Assembly (NCBI GenBank): GCA_028688325.1
Contig: JAQTYI010000002.1
Coordinates: 9,395 to 73,394 of the forward strand
DNA from: Candidatus Portnoybacteria bacterium
GTDB lineage: Bacteria; Patescibacteriota; Minisyncoccia; Portnoybacterales; GWB1-42-6
Length of the DNA stretch: 64,000 nucleotides
Direction of reading: 5' to 3'
Positions within the stretch are counted from its first letter, which is position 1. Each line of letters begins with the position of its first letter. The position numbers were made by a program, and so were the translations under genes. Below, piece after piece: positions 58,502-64,000 of the stretch. Below the pieces are notes generated by a model. The model did not search any database and was not told where the DNA came from. It saw only the letters and a program-made list of their open reading frames with translations.

Positions 58502-59764
58502 TTATATCTTCTGAATGTCTGCACCAATATTTTTCAGCCTTCCTGCCAAATCTTCATATCCCCTCTCTATCTGATAAATATTGCTTATTTCCGTCTTTCC
58601 TTTCGCTATCAAAGCAGCGATAATCAAGGCGATGCCGGCGCGCAGATCGGGAATCACGAGCTTGCGGCCGTAAAGTTTGGTCGGGCCATTGACCACTGCC
58701 CTGTGCGGATCGGCCATAATAATATCGGCTCCCATTTGCGTTAAAGTATCGGTAAAAAGTAAACGGCGGTCGTATATTGTTTCGTGTATCAAACTGGAAC
58801 CATGGGCCTGGGTCATAAGCACTGTGTAGGCAGATTGCAGGTCGGTGGCAAAGCCCGGGTATTCATGGGTCACAACATCTTCCGCTAAAATTTTGGCGCT
58901 CGGCTTTATTTTGATGCTGCTTTTGCCCAATTCATAATTTACGCCGATCTTGTCAAACAAAGCCCAAAGCGCGCCCAAATGCGCCGGCTCGCAATCCTCG
59001 ATAATGATTTCACCGCTGTTTGACGCGGCCGCCAGAATGGCGAAAGTCCCCGCTTCAATGCGATCGGGAATTATTTTATACTCCCCGCCACCCAATTTAT
59101 CAACGCCCGTTATTTTAATGGTCGGCGTGCCTGCGCCGCTGATTTTCGCCCCCATGCGGTTTAAAAGATCCGCCAGCGCCGAAATTTCCGGCTCCATGGC
59201 GCAATTTTCCAAAATGGTTTCTCCTTGCGCCAGGCAAGCCGTGGTCATCAAGCTTTCCGTGCCAGTCACGGTGACTTTGGGAAAAAATATTTTCGCACCC
59301 CGCAATTTCTTAGCAGTCAGGCGATAACTGTTTTCTAAAATTTCCGCCTTGGCGCCCATTTTGGCGAACCCGTCCAAAAACATATCGATGGGGCGCGTCG
59401 CGCCGATAACACAGCCGCCTGGATGAGGAAAATAAACCTCGCCGCAAGTGGCCAGAAGCGGCCCGACAAACATGACCGCCGCGCGGAATTTATTGACGAG
59501 GTCCGCCGGCAGATTAACGCAAACCTTGCTTTTTCGCTGAATTTGCATCACGCTGCCGCCCAGATCTTTTACCTCATGGCCCAAAGCAACCAGCATTTCC
59601 TGCGCCCGGTGGCAATCTTCGATGTCCGGCACATTGATCATTTTTATCGGCTCATCCATCATTAAGGCCAGCGGAAAAACCTTAAGCGCGGCATTTTTTG
59701 CGCCCTTGACCTTAATGGTTCCGCTAAGCGGTTTTTGGCCATTTATGACGAATTTCGACTCCAT
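58502..59764 (-). CDS. murA: UDP-N-acetylglucosamine 1-carboxyvinyltransferase
   Basis: GAKNAAL, PGGCVIG, PDRIEAGT, DLRAG and RGYE motifs. Confidence 0.95.
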   Translation of the reverse strand: MESKFVINGQKPLSGTIKVKGAKNAALKVFPLALMMDEPIKMINVPDIEDCHRAQEMLVALGHEVKDLGGSVMQIQRKSKVCVNLPADLVNKFRAAVMFVGPLLATCGEVYFPHPGGCVIGATRPIDMFLDGFAKMGAKAEILENSYRLTAKKLRGAKIFFPKVTVTGTESLMTTACLAQGETILENCAMEPEISALADLLNRMGAKISGAGTPTIKITGVDKLGGGEYKIIPDRIEAGTFAILAAASNSGEIIIEDCEPAHLGALWALFDKIGVNYELGKSSIKIKPSAKILAEDVVTHEYPGFATDLQSAYTVLMTQAHGSSLIHETIYDRRLLFTDTLTQMGADIIMADPHRAVVNGPTKLYGRKLVIPDLRAGIALIIAALIAKGKTEISNIYQIERGYEDLAGRLKNIGADIQKI

Positions 59765-59777
59765 GAATTTATGCTTT

Positions 59778-59936
59778 AGCGAGGCGTCCGCTGAGAAAAA
59801 TGTCGCGCAGCCGCGCTGCTAAATCTTTTTATTTAAACCATCATTGCGCGGCGAGCGCCAAGCAGCAGCCGGGGTTGTACATTATGCTATCGCGACATGG
59901 CTGACTGCGGTTTTTCGAAGCGGACGCCGAGTCGCT
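59778..59936. repeat. Multi-stem repeat family A, copy 1
   Basis: Conserved blocks shared with 62271-62432; partial copy at 38935-38962. Confidence 0.85.
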
Positions 59937-60015
59937 TTCATCTTAAATTAAAACGCCCCATCTGACAAGTTTTACTGGATATCGGACTTAAGTTGTAGTA
60001 TAGTGGATTTAATAT

Positions 60016-61056
60016 ATGACCCGTAAAATTCGCCGTTAGATTTTTTATTGCCTCGTGCTTCTTTTTCTCATCGCCACCCCGCCCACTATTTTTTACGCCA
60101 TGGGTTATTCTTTCGATTGGCAAACAAAAACTTTGGCGCAAAGCGGCGGTTTTTATTTTAAATCGCTGCCTGATGCCGCCGATATTTTCATCAACGGCCA
60201 GAACCAAAAAACTACTCCGCGGCTGATATCCCGCCTGGCTCCAAAAACTTACGACATAACCATAAGCAAAAATGGTTTTTTCCCCTGGCATAAAAACCTG
60301 GCGATCGAGCCGAGCTTGGTGGCCGAAGCGCGAAATATAATATTGTTCCCGCAAAATATTCAACCGGAAAAAATCGCCAACACCACTTCCACCATCACCG
60401 ATTTTTTGGCTTCGCCCGAAGAAAAGCAGAACCAGTTAAGAGCCAAAAAGATTGCAACAAGCACCGCCGGCTGGCTAAACAAGGGCAACGATATCTTCTA
60501 TGTCAGCAACGCCAATTTCATCTTATACCGCCAGGACCTGGGCGGATTTATCAAAGAACAGCTTTCTAAGGAGCCGCTGCCCAAAGAAAATTACAAGATA
60601 ATCAACAGCTCCAATGGCCGTTTTCTGGCGCTGGACGGCAAAGGCGTTCTATATTTGCTAAATAAAAATACCGGCATATTTGAGCAAGCCGCGGACCGGG
60701 TCAAAGACGCGTTATTCTCCGGCGACGACAAAAAAATACTGATAAGAAAAACCAACGAGATAAGGATTTTATACATCGAGGATATCCTGATCCAGCCCTA
60801 TAAAAAAACAGGCGAGGAAGAACTTATCACCCGCTCCGGCCAGACAATTTTGCAGGCCGTTTTTTACCCCGACAACGAACATATCGCTTTTGTCGCGAGC
60901 GACCAGATAAAAATTATTGAGCTTGACGGCCGCGACAGCCGCAACAGCGTTGATTTCGTCTCCGCGCCCAATTCCCAAATTTATTTTGACGGATCAAATT
61001 CATCTTTTTATTATTTATCCAAGAACGAGCTTTTCCGGGTGAAATTGGAATTATAG
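60016..61056 (+). CDS. PEGA-domain membrane protein, with an in-frame TAG at codon 8 if ATG 60016 is the start
   Basis: GGFYFKSLPDAADIFING..TP..L.P..Y.I.ISK.GF is PEGA-like. The ORF track starts it at GTG 60055. Confidence 0.75.
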
Positions 61057-61158
61057 CAGCCCCGGCAAATAACTCGGGAAACCAAAAATCCCGTTTCGCG
61101 TTAGGCGAGCGGGATTTTTATATTGCAATTAGCTATAAGCCATTTGCCATAAGCTACT

Positions 61159-61297
61159 TTACCGCTTTGCCCACTGCGGTCGCTTCGCTCCTTAAAACCT
61201 TGCGGTTTTAATATTTCCACCGCGGGGAAACACCCAGTTTCCCCGTCGCCCCTTCTGCCGCATCGGTCAAAACGGATTACCGCTTTGCCCACTGCGG
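61159..61297. mobile_element. 97-bp structured insert bounded by a 21-bp duplication of the rpsI 3' end
   Basis: TTACCGCTTTGCCCACTGCGG at 61159-61179 and 61277-61297. Confidence 0.65.
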
Positions 61298-61870
61298 AGC
61301 GCGGCGGGCTTTTTTCAGGCCGTATTTCTTTCTTTCCTTGGCTCGCGGGTCGCGTTTTAAGTAGCCGACTTTTTTCAGTTTCTTGCGAAAATCAATATTG
61401 AAATCAACCAGCACGCGGGCGATGCCATGACGCAGGGCCTCGGCCTGGGCGTGAGCGCCCCCGCCTTTTATCTTGGCCACTATCTCGAACCTGTTCAGGG
61501 ATTTTAACCGGCGCAGCGATGCCTCGGCTATCTGGCACAATTCCATGGTCGTAAAATATTGCCGGTACGGCTTGCCGTTTACGGTTATTCTGCCCTCATC
61601 GCCTTCAAAGGGCTTGATGGTCAAAAGGCGCACGCGAGCGATGGCGGTCTTTCTCCGGCCGACAGCTTCGTAGTAACGCTTGTTCTTTTTGTCTTTGGGC
61701 TCAAAATCGGCTTCGGTCAATTCCCTATCCTCGACAACAGCAGTTGGAATATTTTTGATTTCTTCCATCGGCAACTCCAAAATTTCCTCTTTTCGGGGCT
61801 TAATCGGCTTTTTGACCGCCGGCTTCCTTGCTGCCGGTTTCTTCGGTTTTGTTTCTTTTTCTTTTACCAT
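61277..61870 (-). CDS. rpsI: 30S ribosomal protein S9 (with N-terminal extension)
   Basis: GRRKTAIARV and RDPRAKERKKYGLKKARRAPQWAKR. Confidence 0.97.
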   Translation of the reverse strand: MVKEKETKPKKPAARKPAVKKPIKPRKEEILELPMEEIKNIPTAVVEDRELTEADFEPKDKKNKRYYEAVGRRKTAIARVRLLTIKPFEGDEGRITVNGKPYRQYFTTMELCQIAEASLRRLKSLNRFEIVAKIKGGGAHAQAEALRHGIARVLVDFNIDFRKKLKKVGYLKRDPRAKERKKYGLKKARRAPQWAKR

Positions 61871-61894
61871 ATTATCTGTTTTGCGGTTTTAAAA

Positions 61895-62257
61895 CTATTT
61901 TGCTTCTTTCTTAAAAAGTTTCAGATTATTAATGATTTTGTCGCGCGTGCGGTTTTTCGGCAGCATGCCATAAACCGCGAGCTTCAACACTTCCCGAGAA
62001 TCCTTGGTCATAAGCTTTTCCAGGGCTATCTCTTTAAGCCCGCCCGGATAGCCGGAGTGATGCCTATACATTTTCTGTTTCAATTTTTTGCCGGTGAATT
62101 TTAAAAGGTCGGTGTTATAAACTTTCACGATATTTTCCGGAGTTATCCTGGGCAGAAAATTAGCGGTATTCTTGCTGCGCAGTAAAACCGCCGCCTCAAC
62201 GGCCAACCGGCCAAGGATTTTTCCCTTAGCATCAATTGTATGCTCTTTTCTTTCCAT
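61895..62257 (-). CDS. rplM: 50S ribosomal protein L13
   Basis: IDAKGKILGRLA, HSGYPGGL and GMLPKN. Start moved to ATG 62257. Confidence 0.96.
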   Translation of the reverse strand: MERKEHTIDAKGKILGRLAVEAAVLLRSKNTANFLPRITPENIVKVYNTDLLKFTGKKLKQKMYRHHSGYPGGLKEIALEKLMTKDSREVLKLAVYGMLPKNRTRDKIINNLKLFKKEAK

Positions 62258-62270
62258 ATTTTTACTCTTA

Positions 62271-62432
62271 AGCGAGGCGTCTGCTGAGAAAATGTCGCGC
62301 AGCCGCACCGTTAATCAATTTATGCTTATTCTGTGTTTATTGCGCGGCGAGCGCCAAGCAGCAGCCGAATTTGAACTCTCTATTATGCCTTTTGGCTGAC
62401 TGCGGTTTTTCTCAGCGCCTACGCCGAACGAT
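62271..62432. repeat. Multi-stem repeat family A, copy 2
   Basis: Same blocks as 59778-59936. Confidence 0.85.
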
Positions 62433-62434
62433 TT

Positions 62435-62767
62435 TTATTTCAAAATTTCAATGAAAGCCATTTTGGCGCTGTCGCTCAGGCGCCGGCCAAGCTTGGTAAC
62501 GCGGGTATAGCCGCCCTGTCTTTGAGCAAAGCGAGGCGCAATTTCTTTATAAACCTTCTTAGCCGCAGTCGAAGGCAAAACAGCCGCAATGGCGCGCTTT
62601 GACGCCAGGGTGTTTTTCTTGCCGTAGCTTATTAATCGCTCAACCAAAGAACGCACTTCCTTGGCCCGGGCCTCGGTGGTCTTGATCTTTTCTTTCAGGA
62701 TCAGGTTCGCCGCCAACGATTTCAGAAACGCCCGGCGCTGATCTTTTGTTCTTCCGAATTTTCGCAT
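62435..62767 (-). CDS. rplQ: 50S ribosomal protein L17
   Basis: IKTTEARAKE, GGYTR and R..D.A.MA.IE motifs. Confidence 0.95.
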   Translation of the reverse strand: MRKFGRTKDQRRAFLKSLAANLILKEKIKTTEARAKEVRSLVERLISYGKKNTLASKRAIAAVLPSTAAKKVYKEIAPRFAQRQGGYTRVTKLGRRLSDSAKMAFIEILK

Positions 62768-62889
62768 AATTATGTTTTCCGCGTTTTTCCGCAAAAATTA
62801 ACCTTATTCTATTAACTCGTCTTCGCTGAACCGTGCGGAACTATACGCAGAAATACGCTGAAATTAAGTTCCGCGCAGTTTCGCGGTTT

Positions 62890-63831
62890 TTATTCTTTCA
62901 ATGTCAACCCCAATTTTTTCAAAGCTTTCTTTATTTCCGCTATCCCTTTGTCTCCCATGCCATCAAGTTCCCGCAAAGACGCTTCGCTCTTTTTTATCAG
63001 CCCGCCGACGGTTTTGATTCCGCCGTCCGTTAAAGAGCTTATGGTCCTGGTTGATAATTTTAAGTCCTCTGTTTTTATCTTAGCCGCGTCTTCTTTGCCG
63101 TCCGCGTCTTCTTTTAATCCGCCGCCGGCCTCTTCTTCCGCTTGTTCTCTTCCTGCCAAAGCTGAAAATTGCTCCACTAAAATTTCGCAGGTCTTGGCAA
63201 AGGCCTCTTCCGCGGAAGTACTGCCGTCGGTCTCGATGTCAAAACGCAATTTATTATAATCTGTCCTGTCGCCGACGCGCATATTTTCCACTTCAAAATT
63301 GACTTTTCTAATCGGAGAAAAAAGCGCGTCTACGGCGATCATGCCGATATCCTGCTTGTCTTTTTTTCTTGACTCCACCGGCACAAAGCCCAGTCCCGAA
63401 GCCACTTCAATTTCAATTTCCAGCTCCGCTTTTTTGTCGGTTAACGAGGCGATTGGCGCTTCTTTGTTTATAATCTCTATGTCGGCGCTTGTTTTAATGT
63501 CCGCGGCCGTAACATCTTTTTCGCCTTTTACCGACAAAGTTAGCATCACCGACTCCTCTATGTGCTTTTTAAAGCGCACCTGGCGCAAATTCAAAATTAT
63601 TTCAATAACATCCTCGGCCACATGAGGAATGGTTGAAAATTCATGATGCACGCCCTTAATCTTCACAGCCACCACGGCCGCGCCGGGCAGCGAAGACAGT
63701 AAAACGCGCCTCAGGGCATTGCCCAAAGTCACGCCGTAACCGGGGTATAAACCTTCAATTTCAAAAATAGTCCTGTTGCCTTCGTTTTTAACTATCTTCG
63801 GTTTTTGCGGAAGATTTATTTTCATAGACAT
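62890..63831 (-). CDS. rpoA: RNA polymerase alpha subunit
   Basis: GYGVTLGNALRRVLLSS, HEFSTI and DALFSPI motifs. Confidence 0.97.
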   Translation of the reverse strand: MSMKINLPQKPKIVKNEGNRTIFEIEGLYPGYGVTLGNALRRVLLSSLPGAAVVAVKIKGVHHEFSTIPHVAEDVIEIILNLRQVRFKKHIEESVMLTLSVKGEKDVTAADIKTSADIEIINKEAPIASLTDKKAELEIEIEVASGLGFVPVESRKKDKQDIGMIAVDALFSPIRKVNFEVENMRVGDRTDYNKLRFDIETDGSTSAEEAFAKTCEILVEQFSALAGREQAEEEAGGGLKEDADGKEDAAKIKTEDLKLSTRTISSLTDGGIKTVGGLIKKSEASLRELDGMGDKGIAEIKKALKKLGLTLKE

Positions 63832-63898
63832 ATAGATCAGTCCCCCTTGCCAATCATTGATTTATATGATCGGCCCGAAATCCTGAACCATAAAATTA

Positions 63899-64000
63899 TT
63901 ACCTGGAATAATATTCAACGATTAAGCCGATGGAAGAAACATCTCCCAGTTCATCTGCCGTCGGCGCGGCCAGAACTTTAGCTTCCAATTTATTTTGCTC
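63899..64000 (-). CDS. rpsD: 30S ribosomal protein S4, C-terminal fragment
   Basis: Manual translation ends ...IGLIVEYYSR*; lies upstream of rpoA. Confidence 0.88.
   Translation of the reverse strand, partial: EQNKLEAKVLAAPTADELGDVSSIGLIVEYYSR

Noticed and set aside
1-64000. CRISPR array
   Set aside because: No regularly spaced direct repeats with unique spacers and no cas genes were seen; the repeats are dispersed palindromes.
1-64000. Alternative genetic code (TGA or TAG reassignment)
   Set aside because: Conserved genes are full length under code 11 and several end in TGA or TAG; only one isolated in-frame TAG was noticed.

Overview
A 64-kb chromosomal segment, almost entirely coded on the minus strand, that looks like a Patescibacteria/CPR (Parcubacteria-like) genome using genetic code 11. 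The taxonomic call is an inference from gene content: two mreB genes, DUF5663-like, PEGA and Gmad2 proteins, a VirD4-like ATPase and a CPR-type DGR. Housekeeping genes include rlmN, rsmE, typA, dnaX, lysS, greA, mrdA-mreDCB, rseP, frr, holB, murA, rpsI-rplM-rplQ-rpoA-rpsD and tRNA-Gln. Accessory content: (1) a complete diversity-generating retroelement at 8.8-11.5 kb, with a 131-bp TR/VR pair differing at 15 positions, all TR adenines, and an antisense avd; (2) an AT-rich island at 18.3-26.8 kb integrated at tRNA-Gln, carrying an ABC-three-component/Lamassu-like defence system, a HEPN protein, a broken serine recombinase and a cysteine desulfurase-DUF4395-Cys-rich kinase-regulator operon; (3) a type II R-M cassette; (4) a FadL-like outer-membrane barrel gene. 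The least explained signal is a set of small non-coding elements. A ~130-bp TIR element occurs three times, each inserted exactly at a start codon with a 4-bp duplication containing the ATG. Other multi-stem repeat families show compensatory changes, and several palindromic repeats are translated in frame inside DnaX, HolB, RsmE and a glycosyltransferase. All family assignments come from motif recognition by eye; no database search was run.
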